A stretch of 64,000 nt of DNA from an uncultured Clostridium sp. Lineage in GTDB: Bacteria; Bacillota; Clostridia; TANB77; CAG-508. Where the stretch lies: positions 7,756 to 71,755 of the forward strand of contig CANAQC010000003.1 in the NCBI GenBank assembly GCA_947363765.1, given 5' to 3'. Position numbers and translations under genes: made by a program. Positions 19,917 through 30,467 of this stretch are shown here, in pieces; positions within the stretch are counted from its first letter, which is position 1, and each line of letters begins with the position of its first letter. The notes beneath the pieces were generated by a model, which searched no databases, was not told the DNA's origin, and saw only the letters and a list, made by a program, of their open reading frames with translations.

Positions 19917-21113
19917 ATGAAAAGATTATTTAGAGTAAGTTTTGACATATTAATAACATCAATAGTTCCAATAGTATCATGGTTTTTGCTAGGAATTATA
20001 TTAGATAGTCATTTAATTAATGTATTTTCTTTAACATATCCTTTACAATGCTTAATGGGAATGATTATAGCAATATTTGGAGTAGGTGCTAATATTTGCG
20101 TTTATAAAGATGAAAATAAGCATGCTGCTGACAATGGCATTTTTTATGGAACTATTTTAAGCATATTAATATTCAGTTTTATAATTTTTAATAGTAATAA
20201 GTATATAGATTTTATGAATATGGATAATACCATATATAAAACATTTTGTGTATATTCTATATTTCAAATTTTTTGTCATACCATATTGCAACTTATAATA
20301 ACAAAATTATATTACAAAGAAGAAAATAAAAAAGCAAATAAAATTTCTATAATATTTAATAGTATTAATTTTATAGCTTTAATAAGTACTGCAATTATTA
20401 CAAGAAACCAATTAATTACATCATTAATAGCTGGAGCTATAATATTTATTATGGATATTGTTTTGTATATAAAGAATATAGAAAAAGTTGATTTTAAACT
20501 TAATATTAAAAATTGTTTTAAATACAATTCAGTATCATTTAGTGTAAGTCTTATGTTTTTTATAATGTACTTGTTTGGATTTAGTAATGCTTTTGAATAT
20601 GGAGAAAAATATATGATAGCTATTACGTTTGCAACATTAGTAACAGATATGCAATGGGATATTACAGATGCAGTAAAAACAGTAGCAAAAGTAGATATTG
20701 CAAAGAAAAAATTTGATTATAATGAACATTTTAGAAATGCATTAAAATTATATTCTTTGCTGATTTTATCAGTTATATTAATGTCTTTGGTTGCATATCC
20801 ATTTTATAAGCCTAACTTAAAAATAGCAAGTATATTTATTTCCTTACATATATTAGATTTTATGTTAGGACCATTTATAGAAATAAAGATTTGTTTTTTA
20901 CAGTTAGAGGATTCAGCATTTAAGATGACATTAAATATGATAATTGCTTATATAATAAGAACAAGTATATCATTTGCACCAACACCATTTTGTACAATTA
21001 TAGGACAAATGTGTTCAACTACATATGAATTAATTTGCACAAAAGTAAATTTTAGGAAATATGAAAACAAAAGTAATATGTTACAAAAAGATTTAGAAAA
21101 AATAGAGTTATAG
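19917..21113 (+). CDS. Polytopic integral membrane protein (function unknown)
   Basis: 398 aa, hydrophobic throughout with many predicted TM helices. Confidence 0.5.
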   Translation: MKRLFRVSFDILITSIVPIVSWFLLGIILDSHLINVFSLTYPLQCLMGMIIAIFGVGANICVYKDENKHAADNGIFYGTILSILIFSFIIFNSNKYIDFMNMDNTIYKTFCVYSIFQIFCHTILQLIITKLYYKEENKKANKISIIFNSINFIALISTAIITRNQLITSLIAGAIIFIMDIVLYIKNIEKVDFKLNIKNCFKYNSVSFSVSLMFFIMYLFGFSNAFEYGEKYMIAITFATLVTDMQWDITDAVKTVAKVDIAKKKFDYNEHFRNALKLYSLLILSVILMSLVAYPFYKPNLKIASIFISLHILDFMLGPFIEIKICFLQLEDSAFKMTLNMIIAYIIRTSISFAPTPFCTIIGQMCSTTYELICTKVNFRKYENKSNMLQKDLEKIEL

Positions 21114-21115
21114 GA

Positions 21116-21152
21116 AATAATTATCCCCCAGTTATACTGGGGGATAATTATT
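21116..21152 (+). terminator. 16-bp perfect hairpin after the membrane-protein gene
   Basis: AATAATTATCCCCCAG, loop ttata, CTGGGGGATAATTATT. Confidence 0.55.
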
Positions 21153-21467
21153 GATCGAAAGTCTTGAAAGAAGGAGGTTTTTGTGTGATGGCGTTACTTA
21201 TTAGTGAATTAAAAGCTAAAAGTGATTTAACATAAGATATGAAAAATACTAATGTGGTTATACTGGGTAGGCACAATGAACTCTATTAAGGCACAAGCCG
21301 AAGAAATTGTTTTTAGTGAATTGATTTATGTATAAAAATGTATAAAGTGAATGATTTTCTAGTCATTCACTTTTTTGCAAAATGAGCATATTAGTTGAAA
21401 ACATACAGAATACATGCTATAATTATATTATGTAACTATAAAGCTATTACAGAAAGGTTGGTAAAAA

Positions 21468-22247
21468 ATGATTAAGTATTTTATGCGGAGGACTATCTAT
21501 AAGGAGTTTGACAAAGAATCACAAGACATGCTTTTGCCACTGACTTCGAAGCAACACATAATTGAGACATTTTGCTTTATGTTTTGGGGAATTGCCTTTA
21601 TTTTCCAATTAATTCCATTATTTATAATTGGTGTATGTGAAGATATTGAGCTTTCTATGACTACTCAAATAGCAATTATAGCTTTTATGCTAATATGCGG
21701 AGCTGGATTGCTAGTATCTATGAAGGTCTTTAACAGAGCTATGTTTGGATTCTCACAGTTGTTGGCAGAAAGAATATACTTTTTAGTATGCACAACAAAA
21801 GGCAAAGCAATTTGTAAAAATGAGTTTAATATTATTAGGCAGGCAAATGAAGAACAGTATGAATTTATTGCAAATCAAATGTGTCGAGGAGATTGCTATT
21901 CAATCTGTTTCGAAATATGTAAAGCACTAAAAAAGGGTTGTATAGAATTTCTTGCAATAAAGAAAATTTCCCCACATGATGATGAAGATGATGATGGAAA
22001 AGATTTTACAATACATGTTCTGTATGTAAACAACGGATGGGCTTTTGATACATATAGTTCTCGTCAATATCCGATTGAGAAATTGCACGAAATCTACAAA
22101 GCTAAAATTTATAAGTCTTTTAGTTTTGACGAAATCAGTAGTAAATCTTATGAAGAATTTAGAGAAGAGCAAGAGCCTGAACTTGCAAAGTGGTCTATTG
22201 ATAATGACTGTTCCATATTCTGGAAAGGTGACAAGGAGGAAACTTAA
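21468..22247 (+). CDS. Hypothetical membrane protein with a Cys-containing C-terminal domain
   Basis: 259 aa with TM helices in the N-terminal half. Visibly higher GC than its surroundings. Codon 7 is an in-frame CGG. Confidence 0.45.
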   Translation: MIKYFMRRTIYKEFDKESQDMLLPLTSKQHIIETFCFMFWGIAFIFQLIPLFIIGVCEDIELSMTTQIAIIAFMLICGAGLLVSMKVFNRAMFGFSQLLAERIYFLVCTTKGKAICKNEFNIIRQANEEQYEFIANQMCRGDCYSICFEICKALKKGCIEFLAIKKISPHDDEDDDGKDFTIHVLYVNNGWAFDTYSSRQYPIEKLHEIYKAKIYKSFSFDEISSKSYEEFREEQEPELAKWSIDNDCSIFWKGDKEET

Positions 22248-22354
22248 ACATTTCACGACTGGTTATACAAATTGTAGCCAGCCGTGTTTTTATATATAAA
22301 GATATGATTTTTGATCAATTGGTTATAAATTTATTGCAATTTATTTAAATTGTA

Positions 22355-22772
<418 letters not shown>

Positions 22773-22817
22773 AATTGCAAATTACTTGAAGAAGAAATAA
22801 AATTGTAGGAGTAGAAT

Positions 22818-23156
22818 ATGGAATTAAAGGAAAAGTTAGGATTATTAAATGAAAAAAGTTCTATTGCAGAAGTGCAAAAATACGTAAAAGATATGAAAAA
22901 AGCTAGGAAATTTGATAGAGTTACTATTGAAAGAGAAATGATGTTATTTTTAGAAGAGTTAGGAGAACTTGCTAAAGCAATAAGAAAAAATACAAATGGA
23001 CATTTAGATATAGCAAAAGAATACAATGATAGTGTTGAAGAAGAATTAGCAGATTGTTTTATATATTTACTTAGTATAGCTAATATGAGCAATGTAGATA
23101 TTTTTAAAGCATTTAAAGATAAAGAAATTAAAAATTGTGATAGAGTTTGGAAATAA
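22818..23156 (+). CDS. MazG-like nucleotide pyrophosphohydrolase domain protein
   Basis: EELGELAKAIRK ... EEELADCFIYLLSIAN, the typical MazG EEXXE/D helices. 112 aa. Confidence 0.65.
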   Translation: MELKEKLGLLNEKSSIAEVQKYVKDMKKARKFDRVTIEREMMLFLEELGELAKAIRKNTNGHLDIAKEYNDSVEEELADCFIYLLSIANMSNVDIFKAFKDKEIKNCDRVWK

Positions 23157-23305
23157 ATGAAAAGTTTTCACTTCACACAAAATTAAAAATCTAATTTTTA
23201 TATTGAAAAATATAAAATCTTATGTTAAAATTATTTATAATATATATGAAAGGAAAGTAGCTATTAAAAGACCAATCTCTTTTAATAGCTATATGTGTAA
23301 AAAAT

Positions 23306-24652
23306 ATGAAAAAATGGTTAACAATAAGTTTATTTTGTTTTATTTTAATGTTATGTGGTGGATATGTAGATGCAGCATCATTTAAAATAACTGCTTCTAC
23401 ATCACAAATAAATCCTAATGGAAGTTTTAGTGTTTCAGTAGGAGGAGACTGTATTGGAAAGGTTAATTTAAGTGTAACAAATGGAACACTTTCAACAAAT
23501 AGTGTCTGGGTAGAACAAAATTATCAAACAGTAAGTGTTAAAGCAGGAAGTAGTGGAAGTGTTACAATAACTGCAACACCTGCTGTAGGATTCTCTGATG
23601 CAGATGCAAATGAATATAAACCAGGTTCAAGAAGCGTTAAAGTAACAATTATTAATTCTAATAACAATTCTACACCTGCAGAAAAACCAAATAATCAAAC
23701 ATCAAATAATCCATCAAATAGTCAATCAAATAATATTATAAAAAAGCCACAGACTGTAATTGAAGAAAAATCTTCTAATAATTTGCTATCTTCATTAAGT
23801 ATTAATGTTGGAAATCTAGTACCAAATTTTGATTCTAATGTTAGTGAATATAATTTAGAATTAACAAAAGATATAAAAACTATTTCTATTAATGCAATTA
23901 GTCAAGACAGTAAGTCTAGAATTAATGGAATAGGAGATATTAATGTTCAACCTGGGGAAAATATAATTACTATAACAGTAATTGCTGAAAACGGTGCTGA
24001 AAAAATATATACAATAAAAGCATATGTAGATGAAACACCACAAGTATATCTTAAATATAAAGATAAAGAAATAGGAATTGTTAGAAATTTAAAAGATGTA
24101 ACTATTCCAGAAGGATTTAATGAAAAACAACATCAAGTAAATGACAATTCAATTAGTATATTCGATAATGGACATTTTTCTATAATATATGGTATAGATA
24201 ATGAAAATAATAAAAACTTTTATATTATTGATACACAGAAAAATGAATGTATTAATAAAATTATTCCAACAACAATTAATAAACATTTCTTTTATCTAGT
24301 AGATTTACAAGAAGAAAAAGAAGGGTTTGAAATGTCTTCTATAACAATTGAAGAAAAAGAAATTAAAGGATATAAATTTAAAAATGGATTTGCAGATTAC
24401 TTTTTATTGCCAGTAATGAATAATGAAGGAAAAATGATTGATTATTTATATGAGACAAAAGAAGGTACTTTACAGATTTATCTAGGTAGTGCTCCTATAA
24501 ATTATAATCAATATAAAGAACTAATAAAAGAAGTAAATAATAAACAAATAGTTATATATATTTTAATTACAGTTTTATTGTTAAACACAACTGGCTTAAT
24601 TTTGCTGTTTTTAAAATTAAGAAAGGGAAAATTAAATGAAGAAGTGCATTAG
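23306..24652 (+). CDS. Secreted, C-terminally membrane-anchored protein with a cadherin-like beta-sandwich domain
   Basis: Signal peptide, Ig-like N-terminal domain, N/S-rich linker, LSSLSINVGNLVPNFDSNVSEYNLEL...ITITVIAENGAEKIYTIKA (cadherin-like fold), and a C-terminal TM helix. Confidence 0.6.
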   Translation: MKKWLTISLFCFILMLCGGYVDAASFKITASTSQINPNGSFSVSVGGDCIGKVNLSVTNGTLSTNSVWVEQNYQTVSVKAGSSGSVTITATPAVGFSDADANEYKPGSRSVKVTIINSNNNSTPAEKPNNQTSNNPSNSQSNNIIKKPQTVIEEKSSNNLLSSLSINVGNLVPNFDSNVSEYNLELTKDIKTISINAISQDSKSRINGIGDINVQPGENIITITVIAENGAEKIYTIKAYVDETPQVYLKYKDKEIGIVRNLKDVTIPEGFNEKQHQVNDNSISIFDNGHFSIIYGIDNENNKNFYIIDTQKNECINKIIPTTINKHFFYLVDLQEEKEGFEMSSITIEEKEIKGYKFKNGFADYFLLPVMNNEGKMIDYLYETKEGTLQIYLGSAPINYNQYKELIKEVNNKQIVIYILITVLLLNTTGLILLFLKLRKGKLNEEVH

Positions 24653-27602
24653 TTTTTTAATAATTTTGTTAATTTGCTTTAATTCAATTTTCATAAACTA
24701 TAGTTTTGCAAATGATGTTAAAGCTACACTTGGTAAGGAAGAAACAATAAATGTAGACTTTCAAGGTAAACAAGAGGTTATTTCAAATTATAATGAATTA
24801 TATGGGATACAACCATTAGAAAATGAAACTATATTAAGTAAAGAAACTAAATCAAATAAACAATTTCTAAAATATTTTGCTGTATTTATCAAGTTTAAAG
24901 ATAATAATAATAATAACCATATAGATGATCCAATATGTGTTGAAAATGCTAAAAAGATTTTTAATAGTGATGAATTATTTGATATGGATACTGTAAACGG
25001 TATTATAAAAGTGCCATCTTTTAAAAAATATTATGAAACACAAAGTTATGGAAAATTATCAATTACAACAGAATTATTTCCTAGAGTAAAAGACAATGTA
25101 GTATCCTATGAAACAGAACAACCAATAGGATATTATCTAAAACACAATGATAAAAATCCAATAGGATATAAAAGTGCAGATGAAGCTTTACAAAGAGAAA
25201 CAGAGTTAATTAATAAGGCTGTTAAATTTGTATCAAAGCAAATTGAAGATGCAGGAATAAAAGAAGACCAAATTGATACAAAAGGAAATGGAATAGTTGA
25301 TGCAATTTCTTTTTATATTGAAGGACAAAAGAATTTGCCAAATAGTATTGCTTGGGGAGATTTACTGTGGTCACATAAGTTAGACAATCGTGGAATTACA
25401 GAGACAATATTAGGCAAACAAGTTATACCATATAATCTTATATATGTAGAAGATTATACCCAATCAGCAGGAGTTTTTTCTTTAAATAGAGGTACATATG
25501 GTACGATTATTCATGAATTTGGTCATACATTAGGATATATGGACTTATATAGACATAACACACCTGAAAATAAACCAGTTGGATTTTATGATATAATGGG
25601 AAATTCTATTGGATCAAATCCACAAAATTTATTAACTTATTTTACAAGTGAGTATAGATTAGATACAAATTGGCATCAACCATTGGAAATAATTAATAAA
25701 ACAACAAATAATATTACTTTATATAAACCTGAATTTAAGGATGATAATGAAAAACGTGCAATAAAAGTACAACAATATGCAGGGAGTGACGAATATTTTA
25801 TTATTGAATATCATGAAAAACAAAATACATATAAAGATTATTCAGCAGACAGTAGTGGAATTATTGTATATCGCATAAATGAAAAACGAAAAAATAATGG
25901 TAATACATATGGTGGTAATCATGGAGAAGATGACCATGTATTTGTTTTTAGACCAAATGAACTCGTATTAGGACAAGGAAAAGGAAACTTAACAGAAGCT
26001 ACTTTAAACAATACACGTAATATTTTAGGAAAAGAACTTGGAAAAAACAACGATGTTTTTGACAATAAAACAATTTACTATTCAGATGGTAGTAATTCTG
26101 GAATTGTTGTTGAAGTAATATCTCAAACAGACAAATCAGTTACATTTAATATAACTTTTCCAAATATACAAGGGGAAGGCAGTAAAGAGAAACCTTACCT
26201 AATTTATGATGTAAATAATTTCTTATATTTAATGAAAACAGAAACAAAAAATAAATACTATAAATTAATGAATGATTTAGATTTTGCAACAATAAAGAAT
26301 TATCCTAAAATTGATTTTAAAGGAAATTTAAATGGTAATAATAAGACCTTAAAAAATGTTTCTGCACTTGGAACAGGAATATTTAATAATGTAGGAGATT
26401 ATACAATTAGTTCTATTATCGAAAACTTAAATATCGAAAATATTAATGTGAATCCAGAAAAGGGAGAATCTCTTGGTGGTTTTGCAGTTACAATACAAAA
26501 TACCATAGTAAGAAATATTCATTTAAAATCTGGCTCAGTAAAAAACATACAAAGCTTACAAGGAAACAATTTGAGCTGTACGGGAGGTTTTGTCGGAAAT
26601 ATTTATAATGATGCAACTATTGATAACTGTTCGACATCTCTTAATGTTTCATCAGAAAAAAATGTAGGTGGTTTTGTTGGAATTAATATGAACGCTATAA
26701 TTAAAAATAGTTATGCAAATGGAAAAATAAGTGGAAATTCTAATGTAGGAGGTTTTATAGGAATACAATGTATTAGTGATAGTTACTATAATGTACCAAA
26801 CAATGTATATTTTGATTATTCAAAAACAAAAATTTCAAAATCAGTTGGAGGGTATGCTGATGGTTTATTACATGATTTAAAAGTGCTTCCAGAAAACGAT
26901 TTAGGAAAAGGAATTGTTGGTATTTCAGTTCCAGAAGAAGTAAATATTAACAAAGTAGGAGAAGCTAATTATTATGTTACAACAAATCCTAATACAAATC
27001 TTTCATTTTTAATAAGCTCAAGTGATTCTACAATTGTTAGATATACAAATAATAAAATACAGGGTTTAAAAAATGGTGTAGCTAGAATTTATGTAGATTT
27101 AAAAGTAGGAACACAGACAATGAGAATGCAAAGCAAAGTTAATGTAATTAACAGTTCAGAAGTTTCAGAAACAGAATTACTTAAACACTTTGGACTATAT
27201 AAAAAAGATGGGTATGTAGTAGGATTTAAATTAGGTAGTAATGTATCTAATGTAAAACAAATGCTTTCAAGCTATCCTAATGTAACACTTTCTAGTTTTA
27301 AAGATGCTTATGGAAATGAAATTTCAAACGGAACAGTTTCGACTAATATGAAATTTACTTTAACATTTAATCAAAAACAGTATAATTATGTAGTTGTAGT
27401 AAAAGGTGATGTAAATGGAGATGGACTAATTTATGCAACAGACTATGTAAAAATTAAAAATCATATTATGGGAAAAACAAAACTTGAAGGAGCTTATTTA
27501 AAAGCAGCTGATATAAATAATGATAATAATATTTATGCAACAGACTATGTAAGAATAAAAAATTATATAATGGGTAAAGGAACAATAGAACAAAAATATT
27601 AA
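24636..27602 (+). CDS. Large secreted M6 (InhA)-like zinc metalloprotease with GLUG repeats, a Big-like domain and a C-terminal type I dockerin
   Basis: HEFGHTLGYMDLY zinc motif, repeated GGFVG/GGFIG GLUG motifs, and two dockerin Ca-loops (GDVNGDGLIYATDYVKIKNHIMG, ADINNDNNIYATDYVRIKNYIMG). Overlaps the upstream gene by 17 nt. Confidence 0.7.
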   Translation: MKKCISFLIILLICFNSIFINYSFANDVKATLGKEETINVDFQGKQEVISNYNELYGIQPLENETILSKETKSNKQFLKYFAVFIKFKDNNNNNHIDDPICVENAKKIFNSDELFDMDTVNGIIKVPSFKKYYETQSYGKLSITTELFPRVKDNVVSYETEQPIGYYLKHNDKNPIGYKSADEALQRETELINKAVKFVSKQIEDAGIKEDQIDTKGNGIVDAISFYIEGQKNLPNSIAWGDLLWSHKLDNRGITETILGKQVIPYNLIYVEDYTQSAGVFSLNRGTYGTIIHEFGHTLGYMDLYRHNTPENKPVGFYDIMGNSIGSNPQNLLTYFTSEYRLDTNWHQPLEIINKTTNNITLYKPEFKDDNEKRAIKVQQYAGSDEYFIIEYHEKQNTYKDYSADSSGIIVYRINEKRKNNGNTYGGNHGEDDHVFVFRPNELVLGQGKGNLTEATLNNTRNILGKELGKNNDVFDNKTIYYSDGSNSGIVVEVISQTDKSVTFNITFPNIQGEGSKEKPYLIYDVNNFLYLMKTETKNKYYKLMNDLDFATIKNYPKIDFKGNLNGNNKTLKNVSALGTGIFNNVGDYTISSIIENLNIENINVNPEKGESLGGFAVTIQNTIVRNIHLKSGSVKNIQSLQGNNLSCTGGFVGNIYNDATIDNCSTSLNVSSEKNVGGFVGINMNAIIKNSYANGKISGNSNVGGFIGIQCISDSYYNVPNNVYFDYSKTKISKSVGGYADGLLHDLKVLPENDLGKGIVGISVPEEVNINKVGEANYYVTTNPNTNLSFLISSSDSTIVRYTNNKIQGLKNGVARIYVDLKVGTQTMRMQSKVNVINSSEVSETELLKHFGLYKKDGYVVGFKLGSNVSNVKQMLSSYPNVTLSSFKDAYGNEISNGTVSTNMKFTLTFNQKQYNYVVVVKGDVNGDGLIYATDYVKIKNHIMGKTKLEGAYLKAADINNDNNIYATDYVRIKNYIMGKGTIEQKY

Positions 27603-27614
27603 ATGTTTATATAT

Positions 27615-27651
27615 AAAAATACACTATAATATAATAATATAGTGTATTTTT
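27615..27651. terminator. Bidirectional-looking terminator hairpin
   Basis: AAAAATACACTATA ... TATAGTGTATTTTT. Confidence 0.65.
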
Positions 27652-27836
27652 ATATATTATATTTGTATAATTCATGACTATAACACACTAAATGTATAAT
27701 ATCCCTAAATATAAATAATAAAAATAAAAAAACTTTACAATAAATTCTTGCTATTTTATTAATAATATTATATGATATTATAAGTGAAAAGTAACTTACA
27801 ATAAGTATAGAGTATTGAAAGGGGTAAACAAACAAA

Positions 27837-28235
27837 ATGAGAAAAGTAATAGTTAGCTTATTTGTAGTGTTTAGTATCTTTTGCCTAAACTCTGTATATG
27901 CTAGTTCTAGTAATGTATTAGAAGATTCAACCACAGGGCAAATTATACAAATTAAAGAAAAGCAAATGAATGAATTAAAAGATTATACGGAAAGTTATGG
28001 TTCAGAGGCATATGGATTTACTGCGTATTTATTAAATAAAGTTCGTATTTATAGTATACCACTTTGTTTTGTAGGAATTGCTGTAGGAGCTATTTGGCAG
28101 TATGTAATAGGTATTCGTAAATTAGATGTTCATGATAGAGGTTTATTTTTGATTGTAGGCTTTATTACAGTATTTGTAATATGCCAAGTGCTACCTTTAG
28201 TATTTGCAATCGTAGTAAAAGGATTTAGAAATTAA
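27837..28235 (+). CDS. Small membrane protein with signal peptide
   Basis: 132 aa with a signal peptide and 2 TM helices. First gene of a tightly packed operon. Confidence 0.5.
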   Translation: MRKVIVSLFVVFSIFCLNSVYASSSNVLEDSTTGQIIQIKEKQMNELKDYTESYGSEAYGFTAYLLNKVRIYSIPLCFVGIAVGAIWQYVIGIRKLDVHDRGLFLIVGFITVFVICQVLPLVFAIVVKGFRN

Positions 28236-28256
28236 TTTAAATTGGGGGAATAACAA

Positions 28257-30410
28257 ATGAAAGTATTATTTGCCGTTAGTAATGAGAACATATCAGATTC
28301 AATTGTAAAAAAATATCAAAAAGATTATAAGGAGATTATTTCATACAAAAATGTTTATTACTTTAATGCAATTTTAAAAGAATTACAAAGAGATAAAACT
28401 TATGATAGAATTGTTATAAGTGAAGATTTAGAGCCATTTGCAAATAATGATTATGAAGCTATTGATCGTTTTTTATTTGATACATTAGATGGTATTAGTG
28501 ATGAGGCAACAGACCAAGAAGGTGGAGATACACCTATTATATTAATTTGTTCTGATAGACGTGCAAAATCAGAGCAATTATTAGTAAAAATATTTGGAAT
28601 AGGAATATATAGTGCTTTATTAGGACAAGATAGAAGTATTCAAAACGTATGTAATTTAATTCGTAAACCAAGAACCAAAAAAGAAGCTAAAATTTACTAT
28701 AAAATTGAATCAGACGATGTTAGTTATCAATCTGAATCAGAAGATACTGTAAGTGAGGTAGAAATTCAAAATATTCGTGCACATTATAAAAAATTAGGAA
28801 AGAATGAAGAAGAATATGTTGAAAGTTTTAATAATATAGCATCACAATATACAGATTCACAATTAAGAGTAATTGCTAAGTTCTTGCCTTTAAATGTAAA
28901 AGTAGTATTAGAAAGAGATTCTTCTAAATATCAATCAATTATGGCATTTTCAGGAAATACTCAACAACAAGTTAAAAAGCCAGAGGCAAAAAAAGATGAT
29001 GCTTTAAAGATTGATTTTATAGAAAATCAATTAAATAAACAAAAACTAACAAAACCAGTCATTGTTCCTTCAGCAGTTAATGCAGATAATGTTAAAAAGC
29101 TAACTAAACAACAAGAAAATACAATAGTACCTAATATACAAACAAAACAAAGTCCACAAGTAAATCTATTTGACTTTGGAGATGAGGTAATAGAAAAGGA
29201 AAAAGAAGAAAAAATAGAAAAAATAAATGAAGAATCACCAAAAAGAGGAAGAGGAAGACCTAAAAAAGTATTAACACCTGAAGAACAAGCAAAAAAAGAA
29301 ATGACACCAAAAAGAGGAAGAGGAAGACCTAAAAAAATAGATTCAACAGAAGATATAAAACAAGTAAAGCCACCTGTTAGTAGTGGTGTAGATTTATTTA
29401 ATTTAGATGAAGAAGTAGAACAAACAGGACAAAAACCAACATTACCAGGATTTGATGATGAATATGACAAAACAAATGAACAAGTTTATTCACAACAACA
29501 AGAAACACACACAGATTTTCAAGCACAAACATCAAATCCAAATGTAAGCGAAATAATAAAACAAGATGTAAATTCTAGTATAAACATAGAAAATTTACTA
29601 TCAAATGATAAAAAGATAGTTTCTTTTGTAGGAACAACAAAGAATGGAACATCATTTTTAATTAACAACTTGGCTGAATTATTTGCTTCAATGGGAATTA
29701 ATACAGCTATTTTAGATGTAACAAAAAATAAAAATTCTTATTTTATTTATACAAAAAATGAAGAAACATTAAGAAGAGTAGCTATTAATTGTATGGAAAA
29801 TTTAGAAAAAGGAATACCAGAAGGAATACAAGTAAGCAAAAACTTAACTGTATATACATCACTTCCAGCAGAACCAAAGGATAATAATATACAAGAAGTA
29901 TTAAAAACATTAGTTAAAAATTATTCTTTAGTATTAATTGATTGTGATTTTAATACTCCATTTGAATATTTCCAAAGTTCACAAGAAATTTATTTAGTAC
30001 AAAGTATGGATATATTAACAATCCAACCATTTACAGCATTTTTAAGAGATTTGAAAGCAAAGAATATATTAACACAAAATAGAATTAGAATTGTTATTAA
30101 TAAACAAGCTAGAATTAGAAGTCTAAATCCAAAAATAGTAATAGGTGGTATGTCTTTTTATAATGATCCATCAATGTCTTTTATGACAGAATTATTTAAT
30201 AAAGATAATGTAAAATATTGTACAATTCCATTTGATGAAAATGTATATACAAAATATTTAGAAGGATTAGTAAATTGTAAAATTTCTTTAAATGGATACC
30301 CAAAAAATTTTATGGGAGCATTAAAAGAACTTGGGAATATGGTATATCCTTTATTAAATAGTAAATATAAATCAGTTGATAGTTATAACAATAAGAAAAA
30401 GTTTTTTTAA
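28257..30410 (+). CDS. Receiver-like N-domain plus two AT-hooks plus a ParA/MinD/CpaE-like C-terminal domain with a degenerate Walker A
   Basis: The N-terminus resembles the CpaE pseudo-receiver. PKRGRGRPKK occurs twice. The C-terminal IVSFVGTTKNGTSFLINNLAELFASMGINTAILD aligns to the deviant Walker A region but lacks GK[ST]. Confidence 0.5.
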   Translation: MKVLFAVSNENISDSIVKKYQKDYKEIISYKNVYYFNAILKELQRDKTYDRIVISEDLEPFANNDYEAIDRFLFDTLDGISDEATDQEGGDTPIILICSDRRAKSEQLLVKIFGIGIYSALLGQDRSIQNVCNLIRKPRTKKEAKIYYKIESDDVSYQSESEDTVSEVEIQNIRAHYKKLGKNEEEYVESFNNIASQYTDSQLRVIAKFLPLNVKVVLERDSSKYQSIMAFSGNTQQQVKKPEAKKDDALKIDFIENQLNKQKLTKPVIVPSAVNADNVKKLTKQQENTIVPNIQTKQSPQVNLFDFGDEVIEKEKEEKIEKINEESPKRGRGRPKKVLTPEEQAKKEMTPKRGRGRPKKIDSTEDIKQVKPPVSSGVDLFNLDEEVEQTGQKPTLPGFDDEYDKTNEQVYSQQQETHTDFQAQTSNPNVSEIIKQDVNSSINIENLLSNDKKIVSFVGTTKNGTSFLINNLAELFASMGINTAILDVTKNKNSYFIYTKNEETLRRVAINCMENLEKGIPEGIQVSKNLTVYTSLPAEPKDNNIQEVLKTLVKNYSLVLIDCDFNTPFEYFQSSQEIYLVQSMDILTIQPFTAFLRDLKAKNILTQNRIRIVINKQARIRSLNPKIVIGGMSFYNDPSMSFMTELFNKDNVKYCTIPFDENVYTKYLEGLVNCKISLNGYPKNFMGALKELGNMVYPLLNSKYKSVDSYNNKKKFF
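29236..29336 (+). repeat. Two identical 32-nt direct repeats encoding the AT-hooks
   Basis: CACCAAAAAGAGGAAGAGGAAGACCTAAAAAA at 29236..29267 and 29305..29336. Confidence 0.85.
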
Positions 30411-30467
30411 GATAAAGTATAAATAGATAAAAAGTATAAAAAACAAATTAATAGAGGTGAAAATAAA

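Noticed and set aside
23203-23385. 60-aa ORF upstream of and overlapping the cadherin-like gene
   Set aside because: It is out of frame with the well-supported 23306 ORF, overlaps it, and has no RBS.
29236-29336. Possible CRISPR-like spaced repeat
   Set aside because: There are only two copies, both in-frame coding sequence for the AT-hook motif. No other regularly spaced repeats were seen anywhere in the window.
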